A stretch of DNA of 64,000 bases from a virus. The notes under the pieces were generated by a model. The model was given only the letters and a program-made list of their open reading frames with translations, did not search any database and was not told the DNA's origin. Positions 37,702 through 48,457 of the stretch are shown here, in pieces (position 1 is the stretch's first letter; the number at the start of each line of letters is the position of its first letter). Both the position numbers and the translations under genes were made by a program. The stretch spans positions 1 through 64,000 of IMG/VR virus record IMGVR_UViG_3300033149_002985; one strand, written 5' to 3'.

Positions 37702-39528
37702 AAATATCCCTAAATTCTTGAGTTTCTATACAATAAATTTTTTTAGCTTTTTTCCCATATGGAGTTTCATCATATCTATCTTTAATATATTTTTGTCTCT
37801 TACGACTATAATAAGAAGTATAATGTAAATATTCCCATTCTACAACAATCCATGTCTTATTTGCGTATTTTTCAAGATGTTCTTGTGCCAGTTGTCTGGC
37901 GACTTTATAAACTTCTTCTGTTATGCCCATTTCTTTTAATTGATCTTCACTTAGTTTAATCATTTAATACCTCCTTTAATGTGCCGTATTTAGCCCCTGT
38001 GGGACGTTTATGGCTTTTGCCACCATCTTCCCTTAATATGGGCGAAATCGCCTGTTTTCGGTCATGGATAAAACTGTGAAATAACAGCATTATGATGTAT
38101 TCCATATTTGGTTATTAAAGCGTTAAAATCCCTCTCCTTATAAATGGGAGGAAGTTTTGATGCTGTTCTTCTTAAATTTTCTGCCTTCATAGCTTCCATT
38201 TCAATTAGAGCACAGGCTACTTGAGCGTTTACATATGCGACGGTTTGTTCATCTGTCATTTTTTCCTCTCTTTTTTTAAGTCATCTAAAAAAGCTGAAAT
38301 ATCATTTAAACATTCATTATTCCAAATTGTTCCCGTTTCTGGAAAGAAGGTATATTGTCTCCATCTTGGAAACCATTTAATAATGGCTAAACGATCCCCA
38401 TGTAATTTAGAGTATACAGCGTAAACTTGCGTTTTTGGTTTGTTTTCTATTATTTTAAATGTAAGATATTTAGAGTCCATATTTAATTTATCCATTAAAT
38501 TTATGAATTAGACAAACTTTTCTTCCACCCATTGTTCCACAAAGACATCTTTCTCTTTGTTCTTTGAGTTCATATTCTTTAATAATTTCTGCAACTTTAT
38601 CAGGATCAATTTCGTTTAAATAATCAAAAACTGCTCTTTCCAATGGATTGCTTTTTATTTCTTGTATTTCCCACCAGGCATTCATAATTTCTAAACCTTC
38701 ATTATAAACTTTATCTTCTTGGCTTTGTTGGAATCCATCGAAATGAGTCGAAGGATCATGGATTCTTTTCTTCGGTTTTTCAATCATTAATACAATCTCC
38801 TTATCTTTGTATCGTCCAATAACTTATTCCAGTACAAACTATTCCAATGGAACCCATGATTTTTCCTATTAAAGGAAAGGTTGTCCATGCGCCTATGAGT
38901 CCTACAGTCATGAGAACAAACCCTGCTATCAATAAATATAAGAATATAGTAAAATAAGTTAAGATTGTCATTATTTATCTTCTCTAATTAATTTTGCAAT
39001 CGTTTTCCAATAATTTATTTTCTTTTTAAGTATAGGTGCAATTTTTATGGTTTTTCCATCTCGTATCACAAATCCAGCACATAAATAAGAAGTAGTTACT
39101 TGATATAACCCATCTTTCATTATTATCCTTTTTGATTTTTAACTTGAATATAAAGTTTTTTATGTTTTAATGCATCATCAGCCATACTTTTTAATTCATC
39201 AACCAAGCCTTTCATTTGTTTTGCAGATTTTGGATTATAACAATCATAATTCCAAGCTACTGCTGAAATATTAAATAATACATCTCTATAATATTTTGCG
39301 GAACCAGGTTTGTAAAGATTACATTTCGTCATTTTCTTAGTCATACTTCTCCTTTTGTAACTCTTCATATATAGACCAAAATATGGAAGTTCGTTTATAA
39401 AGATCATTATCATATTTTTGGTAAAATTTAATTCTATTATACATATAATTAGTTAAAGTTTGTGTCTTATTACATCCCATACAAAGACATAAAATAACAA
39501 TTAAGATTAAATATGATATTTTATTCAT
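37700..39528 (-). CDS. run of small hypothetical proteins (37700-37963, 38062-38259, 38256-38495, 38488-38787, 39123-39344, 39337-39528)
   Basis: Tightly packed, often overlapping ORFs with GGAG-type RBSs; no recognisable family. Confidence 0.55.
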
Positions 39529-40025
39529 TTTTCATCTCTCATATAAACATTTAAAATTTTTCGATAAACAAGCATATTGGGTAAGTAATGATCAAAATAA
39601 TATTGATCTGTTTTATTATAAATTAAAGATAAAGCTCCTGCTACTCCTGCACTTCTTGAAATACCTGCTTCACAATGAACAACAATTAAATCAACTTCCC
39701 ATTCATATGTTTGAACAAATTCTAAAATATCTTTCGCTTGTTTTTCAGTAAACAGTTTAACTTCAAATTGATCAGTACAAGCATAACAATGACCATTATT
39801 AATATTAATATATTCTTGTCTAATACCTGTTCCATTACAATCCTTACAGTCTTTTCTATTAACTAAAGATTTAGCAATATCATGAAATTGAAGAGAAAGA
39901 ATATCTAAATAAGTCTTACTTGGTTTTACTTTTTCAGAATTAGGATCTGTAATAGATATTACTATATAAGGTTCGTCACTTATAAATTTTTCGAAGGATT
40001 CTCTGCTTAATACCTTGATTTTCAT
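39525..40025 (-). CDS. protein tyrosine/dual-specificity phosphatase-like protein
   Basis: VHCEAGISRS (CX5R); ISITDP; inserted CKDCNGTG..CYAC zinc finger. Confidence 0.85.
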   Translation of the reverse strand: MKIKVLSRESFEKFISDEPYIVISITDPNSEKVKPSKTYLDILSLQFHDIAKSLVNRKDCKDCNGTGIRQEYININNGHCYACTDQFEVKLFTEKQAKDILEFVQTYEWEVDLIVVHCEAGISRSAGVAGALSLIYNKTDQYYFDHYLPNMLVYRKILNVYMRDEK

Positions 40026-40188
40026 GATTTCTTTACCAATCTATTTGAATACAAAAATTTAAGATAGTTAATGATATTCCACAAAAAACCGTATCCAAAC
40101 TCCATTCAATTTGAAAAAGAATGAAAGTTCCTGATGTGATACCATCAATAATGTTTGTCCAACCTTGGTAAAATGAAATACGCATTAT

Positions 40189-40452
40189 TTATTTTTCCTT
40201 TTCATATTCCTTAACTAATTTAATTAAAATATCTCCATGACAGAGTTTCGGAGCACACCAACATCCAAGTACCTTTCCTTTTAATTCATGTAAATCTTTT
40301 AAAAGATTTGGATTATTTCTAATCCATTGTTCATATTTTTTGATAACATCTACTCTTGTACCATCTTTGCCAATAGAAAAAGGATTTCCCCATTTATTTG
40401 GGCGACCAATATAAATATCATATGACTCTTTTTTACAATGAACTATTTTCAT
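40189..40452 (-). CDS. DUF4326 protein
   Basis: YIGRP.KWGNPF...LKGKVLGCWCAPKLCHGDIL. Confidence 0.85.
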   Translation of the reverse strand: MKIVHCKKESYDIYIGRPNKWGNPFSIGKDGTRVDVIKKYEQWIRNNPNLLKDLHELKGKVLGCWCAPKLCHGDILIKLVKEYEKEK

Positions 40453-40455
40453 AAT

Positions 40456-40716
40456 TTATATTCTTTGTGTCAAAGCACGATTATTAGCAACCTTGAAAGC
40501 TTTACTATTTTTCGGATTTTTACGTACTTTAGATACAGCAGAGGATACTCTTTTATTTATTCTTCTTGCTTTGAATTGAATAAATGCTCTCCCAATTGAA
40601 TCTTTAATTAATCTAAAATCTAAAGCATGAACTAATCCACAATCACAGCACTTCATATAATAATTTTTTCGCCTTGGTTGTATCCATTCACCATCTTTTA
40701 CGTTATGATATCTCAT
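40456..40716 (-). CDS. hypothetical protein (CCDCGLVH motif)
   Basis: Recurrent phage motif. Confidence 0.6.
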   Translation of the reverse strand: MRYHNVKDGEWIQPRRKNYYMKCCDCGLVHALDFRLIKDSIGRAFIQFKARRINKRVSSAVSKVRKNPKNSKAFKVANNRALTQRI

Positions 40717-40731
40717 TTATTATTCCTTTGC

Positions 40732-40758
40732 AAAAGAAAAGGGAGACTAATGTCTCCC
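40732..40758 (-). terminator. intrinsic terminator
   Basis: GGGAGAC/GTCTCCC followed by a T-rich tail on the - strand. Confidence 0.7.
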
Positions 40759-40772
40759 TAAATCTTTATTCT

Positions 40773-41051
40773 TTAACTGTTTTCATCTTTTTTATCATCA
40801 GGCGGTGGTGTATTTTCAGGGGCCTTGTCTTCTTTTGGTGCAAGTTTATCTAGTAATGCCTTTAACGCTTGAAAAGCTCCTACTTTTTTGAGAAGTTCTT
40901 CATCTACGTTTCGAAGTTGTGCGCCTAATTGTTGTTTCTGTTGAACAAGACCTTTATATTGAATATTTAAATCCTGTATTTCTTTTTCAATTGTTTGTCT
41001 TTCACTGGAAGTCTCTTTTCCAAGATCCTTATTTTTCTCATCTTTGTCCAC
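40773..41051 (-). CDS. small coiled-coil protein
   Basis: GAAGGTG RBS, GTG start. Confidence 0.6.
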   Translation of the reverse strand: MDKDEKNKDLGKETSSERQTIEKEIQDLNIQYKGLVQQKQQLGAQLRNVDEELLKKVGAFQALKALLDKLAPKEDKAPENTPPPDDKKDENS

Positions 41052-41067
41052 GTAATCACCTTCCTTT

Positions 41068-41559
41068 CTATTTAATATTATCTATCCAATTTTCATCATT
41101 CCAAATTTTATTGAATTCCTCTTTCATCACAAACGCTAGCCAGAGTTGTTCCATTGACCATCCAAATTTCCAAAAGTCAATATTTTTATTTAACCATAAT
41201 GAAAAATATGTTGCTAATCCTGCCTTATCTCTATGTTTTGGTAACTCAATCATCTTCTGCAATCGGTCTTGTCGAGGAAGCCAAATATAAGATAAGTATT
41301 CTGGAGTTCTTTCATTATAAAAAGCATGAAAAGTACATGTATCTGCATCTCTTACTAATTTAGCATAAGGCTCATAAACATTTGTTAAATCCCTTTTATT
41401 TATCGAATCCATATCATAATCATGAATATGATAAATAGTCGAATGATCTCCACAAGCATTACAAGCACAAAAATATCTATCGCCAATAGCAGGTTTATGA
41501 AGTCTTTGTATTTCAATAGCTTTTCTACATTGTAAAATATATTCTTTTAAGTTATTCAT
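41068..41559 (-). CDS. hypothetical protein
   Basis: WLPRQD.LQ..SMEQLWLAFVM motif seen in phage proteins. Confidence 0.65.
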   Translation of the reverse strand: MNNLKEYILQCRKAIEIQRLHKPAIGDRYFCACNACGDHSTIYHIHDYDMDSINKRDLTNVYEPYAKLVRDADTCTFHAFYNERTPEYLSYIWLPRQDRLQKMIELPKHRDKAGLATYFSLWLNKNIDFWKFGWSMEQLWLAFVMKEEFNKIWNDENWIDNIK

Positions 41560-41561
41560 TA

Positions 41562-42212
41562 TTAAACCTTTGTTGTTTTATATTTGGCTCTAATGTTTTT
41601 AAATTTCCAAATAAATCCACCACAAGAATTAACTTTATTAAGACAACATGAACTAATATTTCCTTGAAATAATTTTAATTTTTTAGATGCTTCTGTAGCA
41701 CTTTTCCATTCTTTTATAAAAACACCATTTAAATCAAATTGTAATACAGATTTAATATTACTTTCTTTATTTGATTTAATTATATTTTTCTTTAACTCTA
41801 TAAATCTACAATTTGAAAATTCATAATGTTGATTACTATTTTTTCTATCAATACTAGGTTGTTTCATGAGATAAGCCTTATCTCTATACCAAAGAAATTT
41901 AATATTTTCTAAACTAAGATGATTTTTAATTCCTTTTCCACCGTAATATTTATATGAAATGTGATTTGGATTTACACAACGATTATGAATATTATGCCAT
42001 ATTATTTTCCAAGGACATTTTTCTTTATATTCTTTTTGGTATTTTGTTATTTTTTCTTTGTTTTGATTATAATATTCCACTTGATGTTTATTGTGACAAA
42101 TGATACAATCATTTCTATATTTTCCAGAATCCTTCCGAAAATTGAAAAATTCTTCCGTTTCTGGTTTTTCTTGTTCACAAAGAATACAGATTTTATTTAG
42201 AGATTTTTTCAT
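41562..42212 (-). mobile_element. HNH-type homing endonuclease with NUMOD1 DNA-binding domain
   Basis: RC.NPN..YKYYGGKGI...SIDRK...NCRF; VLQFDLNG.FIKEWKSATEAS...GFIW. Confidence 0.82.
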
Positions 42213-42408
42213 ATGAATATTTACCTTTTATGTGACTAAAAAAATATTTACCAAGACTTTTACTTTCTATAAAATCCATCCAAACTTTCCTAGGAACATC
42301 TTTATATTCATAAGTTCCACCAGATTTGAACTCTACTCTCAATTTCATTTTTAATTCATTGTATCCAACTGCTTTTATGTTGGAAGATTTAACTGGAATT
42401 AGTTTCAT
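42193..42408 (-). CDS. KTSC domain protein
   Basis: PVKSSNIKAVGY...VEFKSGGTYEY.DVP...SLGKYF. Confidence 0.92.
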   Translation of the reverse strand: MKLIPVKSSNIKAVGYNELKMKLRVEFKSGGTYEYKDVPRKVWMDFIESKSLGKYFFSHIKGKYSYEKISK

Positions 42409-42725
42409 TTTAATATCTCCTTTAAAATTTTAGCAAATATAGTTAAATTTTTAAATACATCATGAATAGTAGCCAAAGGATGATCATTAATTATTAATTC
42501 TGCTCCATCAAAAACATTATTTTTATTACGATGGATTTGACACCAAATAACATATGGAGATTCTTTAAAAGTTATTCTAATCTCTTCAATATTATCTACT
42601 TCGACATAATCTTCTAAACGTCCCTCCTCGAATCTTTCTAACCAATCTATAATTTCTTTAAGAGATATCGCTTTTCTGTAACTTCGAAATTGTTTTTGCC
42701 ATCTATATCTATATTCAATTATCAT
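42405..42725 (-). CDS. hypothetical protein
   Basis: Coupled ORF. Confidence 0.55.
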   Translation of the reverse strand: MIIEYRYRWQKQFRSYRKAISLKEIIDWLERFEEGRLEDYVEVDNIEEIRITFKESPYVIWCQIHRNKNNVFDGAELIINDHPLATIHDVFKNLTIFAKILKEILK

Positions 42726-42729
42726 AATA

Positions 42730-43512
42730 TTACCTCTTATATTTTTTTGGAATAAAAGTTAATTCTTCTCTAATTTCTTCTCTTAATTTATTTTGATCAT
42801 AAGTTTGTTTATTTAATTTATTAAAAAATGTAGAATAATTTATCTTTTCAAATGTAGGGATTTTTGAGTTAGGTGAAACATTCCAAATTTTCACATTATT
42901 TTCATTTTTATAAACTCCATATTCATGTTCTGCTCTTGAGATTCTTTTATTGTTTTCTAACTGAGTAGCTTGATACCAATTAACTTTTCCTATACCTCTA
43001 TGCTTTAATGTTAAAGGCTTACCAGTATAACGACTTATTATATTTCCGTATTGATAAAAATGAGTTAAAGCTCTACCTTGAGAATCGTGAACTAAACTAT
43101 CCTTATCTTCACCTTTTTGACTTGAATTATCAAATCCTAATAAAAATATTTCCCCTTCATCTAAAATATAAATAGCTAAACTCAATGCAAATAATCCTGT
43201 CAAAGTAGCAGAATAAACGCCATGATGACAATCTCTGACATATTTAGAAGCCGTAATTAATTCAATATTGTTAGGTTTTGTAGGAACATTAGTATGTAAT
43301 CTTCCAACTGTTAATGGAAGTTTTTCTAAGTATTTTATTTCGTTTAAATAATAAGTATCATCTACATACATCCAACAAGTGCTATCCACAAAATGATGCG
43401 AATAATTTAATCCAATTATAAATTTATCTTTAAGTTTAGAAAATAAATCTTTATCGATTCCTTCTAATACGGAGCAACCACCGCCCAAGATTATTGCTTG
43501 TTTAGCTAACAT
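42730..43512 (-). CDS. MptE/DUF115 (Maf/sialyltransferase-like) Rossmann-fold transferase
   Basis: IILGGGCS, IGLN, IFLLGFD, HFY, NVSPNS motifs. Confidence 0.7.
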   Translation of the reverse strand: MLAKQAIILGGGCSVLEGIDKDLFSKLKDKFIIGLNYSHHFVDSTCWMYVDDTYYLNEIKYLEKLPLTVGRLHTNVPTKPNNIELITASKYVRDCHHGVYSATLTGLFALSLAIYILDEGEIFLLGFDNSSQKGEDKDSLVHDSQGRALTHFYQYGNIISRYTGKPLTLKHRGIGKVNWYQATQLENNKRISRAEHEYGVYKNENNVKIWNVSPNSKIPTFEKINYSTFFNKLNKQTYDQNKLREEIREELTFIPKKYKR

Positions 43513-44060
43513 TATAATATCCTATCAGGATTGATTCTTTTTAATAATTCATGATATATTAAAAAGGTATTTTTAGCATCATCTTTTGCATTATGTTTTT
43601 TACCATCAAATCGCATGCCTAAACGGATTAATGATTTTGCTAATCCCGACCGATGGCTTTCTCCTTTAGAAAACATATAAGATATAAAAAGAGTTTTTAC
43701 ATCTATCCAACGGCGACCAAATAAAAAAATTTCATCATCTAAGTCTAATGCCTTCCGCAAATCTTGACTATCTCCTCCACCCCAAGTTAAAGGATTACGA
43801 AAACATTTATAATGAGCATGAAGAGCCTTTAAATCTTCATAAATTTCAGGAAAAGAAATTCCATGATCTATATCTCTTTGTTTAATTCCAGTTAATTTTT
43901 TAATATATTCTGATAATAGAAGAGTTACTTTAACATGTTCGCAATATTCTTCTAAAATCTTCCCCGATTTTAAATTGCCTATAACAACCCCTATTTGAAT
44001 AATAGTTTGGCAAGGTTGTTCATATTCCATGTCTAAAGAAACAATATTAATATCTTTCAT
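43512..44060 (-). CDS. DEDDh 3'-5' exonuclease
   Basis: SLDME, IIQIG, LTGI, HNAKDDA. Confidence 0.88.
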   Translation of the reverse strand: MKDINIVSLDMEYEQPCQTIIQIGVVIGNLKSGKILEEYCEHVKVTLLLSEYIKKLTGIKQRDIDHGISFPEIYEDLKALHAHYKCFRNPLTWGGGDSQDLRKALDLDDEIFLFGRRWIDVKTLFISYMFSKGESHRSGLAKSLIRLGMRFDGKKHNAKDDAKNTFLIYHELLKRINPDRIL

Positions 44061-44062
44061 TT

Positions 44063-44386
44063 TTATTCTGGAAAGAATTTATTTTCCCATCCTCTTATAA
44101 AATTAATACCATACTCTAAAATACCATAACAATCATTCATTATTTCATTATATATTTCTTCTGCTTCTTTTAAAGCTTCTATTTCAGTTTCGAATATTTT
44201 ACATTCTCCAAAATAATCTTTTAATACTTTAGGATTTATTTCATTGCGTTTTTCATGTTTAGGTAAATGACCTCCACAATGTTGACATTGATGTTGTCCA
44301 TTACTAATACATTTAGGTATTGGATTATTACAACAAGTAAAAATTTCCCACCAATAGAGATTATCAATAGCTTGTGCATGAGTCAC
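44063..44386 (-). CDS. hypothetical Cys-rich protein
   Basis: CCNN..CQHCG. Confidence 0.55.
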   Translation of the reverse strand: MTHAQAIDNLYWWEIFTCCNNPIPKCISNGQHQCQHCGGHLPKHEKRNEINPKVLKDYFGECKIFETEIEALKEAEEIYNEIMNDCYGILEYGINFIRGWENKFFPE

Positions 44387-44556
44387 TCTAAAACCATCTA
44401 AAGACTGTAAAATGTAGATCCCGTTGTCTGAACTGATCTCTACTGCCCTCCTTTATACTTTTTTAACACTTCCAGGTCTTACTCTGCCTTTCTTATCATC
44501 AAGAGCATCATAAACCTTTTGTTTCCTTAATAGTCTATTTACTTTATTTCTATGTT

Positions 44557-44892
44557 TCATTTGAGTCCCTCTTTGAGTTGAGCTATACGCTCTATTACAG
44601 AACTAGCACAGTTGAAACAATCGTTATGCAATTCTAACTCCTCTATCCTCGCCTTGATTGTCTCTTTCTTATGATGAAGAGATTGCTCGTTAATACATTC
44701 CTTTTGTGTGTTAATTAATTCTAAATCTTCTTCGGCATTTCTTTCATACATTTTCTCTTGTTTTTCCAATGCAGAACGTAGAAAGAATTTAACTTCCTCA
44801 CCACAACTCACCCAACCATCTTCGCACTTCTTATCTAAGCCATGTGGAAACTTCTCATCGAATTCTTTCATCTTCTGGTCTATATATTCATT
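44557..44892 (-). CDS. hypothetical protein
   Basis: AGGGG RBS before MNEYID. Confidence 0.55.
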   Translation of the reverse strand, partial: NEYIDQKMKEFDEKFPHGLDKKCEDGWVSCGEEVKFFLRSALEKQEKMYERNAEEDLELINTQKECINEQSLHHKKETIKARIEELELHNDCFNCASSVIERIAQLKEGLK

Positions 44893-45278
44893 CATTATAC
44901 CCCTTTGCATATAGCGCATCTACTATTAAATATTCAACCCCATACATAATATCCCCAACTTCTTCTCTTGCATTTTCATTTGTAAAAGAAACCTGTTTGT
45001 GAAGATGTTGTTGTATGCAATCACATACAATATCTGCTATTTTTTCTTTATCCATTATTTTTTACTCCTTCCACATCCATAACATAAAATAGAAACTAAA
45101 TATAAATAGCCATCCACTTATAAATGTTCCAAGAATAATTTTAAGAAATTCCATTATTGTTTATTTCCTTTTTTATTATTAGAAAGAGCTTTAACATATG
45201 ACCATTCATTATATGTTTTTTGAGGAAATCCATTTTCTTTTAATTCTTTAGCTATTGCTAAATCTACTGTATATTCTT

Positions 45279-46007
45279 TCATGATTGTCCTTTTGGTTTT
45301 TCATCGTTCAAAATTGTTTTTTTATATAAATGACCAGAAGCTGTGTGATAGATACAAATTCCCTCCGCATTCATAAAACCTGGAACAGCTTTACTTCCTT
45401 CCATTTTTAAACGCATTAAAATAGTATCAATTGTAATAGTATTAAACATCCCTTCATATAAAATAGGAACAACTTTACAGCATTTTGGAGCGGGGGAAGT
45501 ATATTTTTCTTCTTTTGTTTTAGAGTTAATACTAATTAATCTTTTCTCTTTATTATGTTGATGCCATTTTTTAACATTAAATAATGCAAGTCTTTTTTCG
45601 TCTAATCCATAATTTCTATTTATTCCTTTACCGTAAAATTCTCCAAAATGCCTCCCTTTTCCTAGTTTGAGAAGTTCTTCTGCGTTTTCTTTAACCCATC
45701 GAGCAAAACCATGATTATCACAATTTTTTCCGCTATCTACCGAAAGCCATCTTGTACGAGAACCAGCAAACATATATAAAATATCATTTTCATCCGTCAT
45801 TGCGAGTGTTTTATAAAGACAATATTTATCAATAAATTCTTTCATAGCTTCATCTGTGCCTACTCCTTGATTCCATTCAGTAAAAAATGAATTATGTAAA
45901 TCTTGTCTACGCATAATAACAATTTGTCCATTAGTTCCATCAATTTTTTCGCTGATTACTATATCTCTACTTAATCGAGGTATTTTATTAAATTTTTGGA
46001 ATTCCAT
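45279..46007 (-). CDS. RNA ligase (Rnl2-like nucleotidyltransferase domain)
   Basis: SEKIDGTN (motif I), GSR, GEFYG (III), LFNV (IIIa), EGI (IV), YKK (V). Confidence 0.82.
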   Translation of the reverse strand: MEFQKFNKIPRLSRDIVISEKIDGTNGQIVIMRRQDLHNSFFTEWNQGVGTDEAMKEFIDKYCLYKTLAMTDENDILYMFAGSRTRWLSVDSGKNCDNHGFARWVKENAEELLKLGKGRHFGEFYGKGINRNYGLDEKRLALFNVKKWHQHNKEKRLISINSKTKEEKYTSPAPKCCKVVPILYEGMFNTITIDTILMRLKMEGSKAVPGFMNAEGICIYHTASGHLYKKTILNDEKPKGQS

Positions 46008-46308
46008 TTTTACTCCTTATAAAATAAAAAATACTTGTTAAAATGATTCCTATAAATAATAATGCAATAACAGCAATAGCTGTAATTTCTCCTAAAAATT
46101 CTGAAGTTATGACATTCATAAAACCTTTAATAAAATTAGTCGTTTTTGTTCCTTGTATAATAATACCTGAAAATATCATCCAAAAACCTAAATTAAAAAA
46201 ATTTTGTAAAGTTAAATATTCAACACATCCTTCTTTATATTTTATACTTTTAACATAAGTGAAATACATAATAATTCCACCTAATACAATTATTATATTA
46301 AATAACAT
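45988..46308 (-). CDS. membrane protein (3 predicted TM segments)
   Basis: Hydrophobic segments. Confidence 0.55.
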   Translation of the reverse strand: MLFNIIIVLGGIIMYFTYVKSIKYKEGCVEYLTLQNFFNLGFWMIFSGIIIQGTKTTNFIKGFMNVITSEFLGEITAIAVIALLFIGIILTSIFYFIRSKNGIPKI

Positions 46309-46598
46309 TAATTATTTCCTTCTTCACAAACAAATTTAAAATCTAATAAATTATATAAAATTGAACTAAGCATAAAACCATTAAAAATATGTATCCAATG
46401 TATATCAAAAAATTTAGCAGAGAAATTAGCAATGAAAGTGTATAAAATAATTCCTATTAAATGTATTTTTTGTGCTTGAGTCATTCCAATATTCTCTTTT
46501 TAATATCTTTCCTAATATTCCAAAAACCTGCAAGAGAAATGAGTATTAAAATAGATGCAATTATTTGATAGATATTCATGATCTTTCTTCCCTATATA

Positions 46599-46628
46599 AG
46601 TATAACATACGCTTTAGAAGGCTGTCAA
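46599..46628 (-). promoter_or_regulatory. sigma70 promoter TTGACA-N18-TATACT
   Basis: TGTCAA 46623-46628 and AGTATA 46599-46604 on the + strand. Confidence 0.85.
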
Positions 46629-46822
46629 GAGCTCAACCTGATAATAATATGAGTAGGAAAAGCATAGTCATTTAAGAACACTTTTATACAATTATCATCT
46701 TCATCATGCAAAAGTCTCCAAACATTACTACCTCCAGATTCTTCATAACCCTCTGCAATTAAACCATTTACAGTAGCTCGTAATAATTTTTTATAAAATT
46801 CTAAATTCTCAAGAACGTCCAT
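46625..46822 (-). CDS. hypothetical protein
   Basis: AGGAG RBS. Confidence 0.55.
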   Translation of the reverse strand: MDVLENLEFYKKLLRATVNGLIAEGYEESGGSNVWRLLHDEDDNCIKVFLNDYAFPTHIIIRLSS

Positions 46823-47421
46823 TAAGATCTCCTATTTTTAAATTCCCTACTTTTCTGCCAATGTATAATTACAGGCTCTTTAATGTAATTAGGAACTTCT
46901 TTTTTCATATTTATCACAACACAATAGCTGGCTGGTAATTTATAAATATTCAAATCAACTTGTTTTTCGATTATTCGTTCCAAAATTTTTTGTTCCCAAA
47001 CATTAGGAGCTTCTTTACAATCTCTAATACATTGTTCGAAAATTTTAATCATTTTTTCATTATATTTTATAAACATTGTGCCAGATAATAGATGGAAATT
47101 ATCCCCCCCTGTTTGATTCCTCCAATTTAAATACCAATCTAGCCAATGAGCTCCAAAATCTGTTTCTTTTGGCAAATCAAAAAGTAATTGGGGATAAGAT
47201 TCTATTATTGCATCTGCATCTAAGAATACGACATCTTCTTTAAATTTATTCATTGTATTCAATATAAAAGTAGGTTTATATGATGTATTTGCATTCCAGT
47301 TTTGAAGATCAATAACTTTTTCAATATGATAATCTAACTTCCACTTTTTTAAAGAAGGTAATAAATAAGTATTCATTACATTTTCATAATTTCCTGGAGT
47401 GTAATATGAAATAAATTTCAC
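46822..47421 (-). CDS. GT-A nucleotide-diphospho-sugar transferase (GT77/GT34-like)
   Basis: YKP.FIL, VFLDADA (DxD), SGTMF, EQ, IIHWQ. Confidence 0.8.
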   Translation of the reverse strand: MKFISYYTPGNYENVMNTYLLPSLKKWKLDYHIEKVIDLQNWNANTSYKPTFILNTMNKFKEDVVFLDADAIIESYPQLLFDLPKETDFGAHWLDWYLNWRNQTGGDNFHLLSGTMFIKYNEKMIKIFEQCIRDCKEAPNVWEQKILERIIEKQVDLNIYKLPASYCVVINMKKEVPNYIKEPVIIHWQKSREFKNRRS

Positions 47422-47575
47422 TTTTTAACCTCAACTAATTTATATATTTTTCCATTTTTAAGTATTATTTTAGCATCTTTGGCTTCTTCTAAAGTTAAAG
47501 AACCGCCTATTAATTCTCTCCCATCAGATAATCTAATATATCCTTCAGCTAATACACCAATTACATATTGATTTT

Positions 47576-48454
47576 TCATAATCCTACCTCCTTTAATTTT
47601 TTAAATAATTCTTGAATCCTAATACTAATATCGTGGTCTTGATAACATATTTTTTGAGTTTGTTTTCCAATATATCCTAAATATTCATATTGTAATAAAA
47701 AAATTAATTTTTTAATCATAGAAAACGAATCATCGTAAAAAAATATTTCTTCATTTTCTTTAAATAACATACGAGTATCTTCTCTATTATATGTTAATAC
47801 AGGAGTGCCACAGGCACTACTTTCAAAAATCCGATGAGCCAAAGCAGAAGTATCATTTGTAATATCTAAAACAATATGGGTTTTATTAATTTCTTCTATT
47901 AATTGTTCTCCTTCTATAAATCCGTGAGTATCTTCGTTTTTGTCCCACTCATGACCAAAAACTTTTACATTAAATCCTAATTCTCGTAGTTTATTAACTA
48001 CTTCATTTCGATTAGGAATAAAGCTATGTTTGCCAACTCCAATTACTAATATATCTGTTTCTTTTTTTAAATGGAGATTTTTATGATAGCGTTTATCACA
48101 AGAAGTTGGATTATAAATAACTAATTTTTTATTTTTTAAATCATTGTATAATCTCCAATCATTAGTAACATAAATATCACAATTTTCCATATGTTCTTCA
48201 GAATAAAGATTAGGATCAGATAATCCAAATGCTATTACAGGTATTTTGATTTTTTCGAATTCTTCTTCTGTAATTTTAGTTCCTGCACCTACAAGCCAAA
48301 CTTGATCATATTTATTGTAATCTATTTTAGGATTTTGATTTTTATTAAATAAATCTACTTTATGTCCAAGAATTTGCAAATATTCATAAGTTGCTCTTGT
48401 TGTAGGAAAGCTATTCCAATTATAGAAAAATGGTATTACCATACAAATTTTCAT
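47576..48454 (-). CDS. GT-B glycosyltransferase (CgeB/Glyco_trans_1_2-like)
   Basis: RIFESSACGTPVLT...LFKENEEI...DH....RI. Confidence 0.85.
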   Translation of the reverse strand: MKICMVIPFFYNWNSFPTTRATYEYLQILGHKVDLFNKNQNPKIDYNKYDQVWLVGAGTKITEEEFEKIKIPVIAFGLSDPNLYSEEHMENCDIYVTNDWRLYNDLKNKKLVIYNPTSCDKRYHKNLHLKKETDILVIGVGKHSFIPNRNEVVNKLRELGFNVKVFGHEWDKNEDTHGFIEGEQLIEEINKTHIVLDITNDTSALAHRIFESSACGTPVLTYNREDTRMLFKENEEIFFYDDSFSMIKKLIFLLQYEYLGYIGKQTQKICYQDHDISIRIQELFKKLKEVGL

Positions 48455-48457
48455 CTT

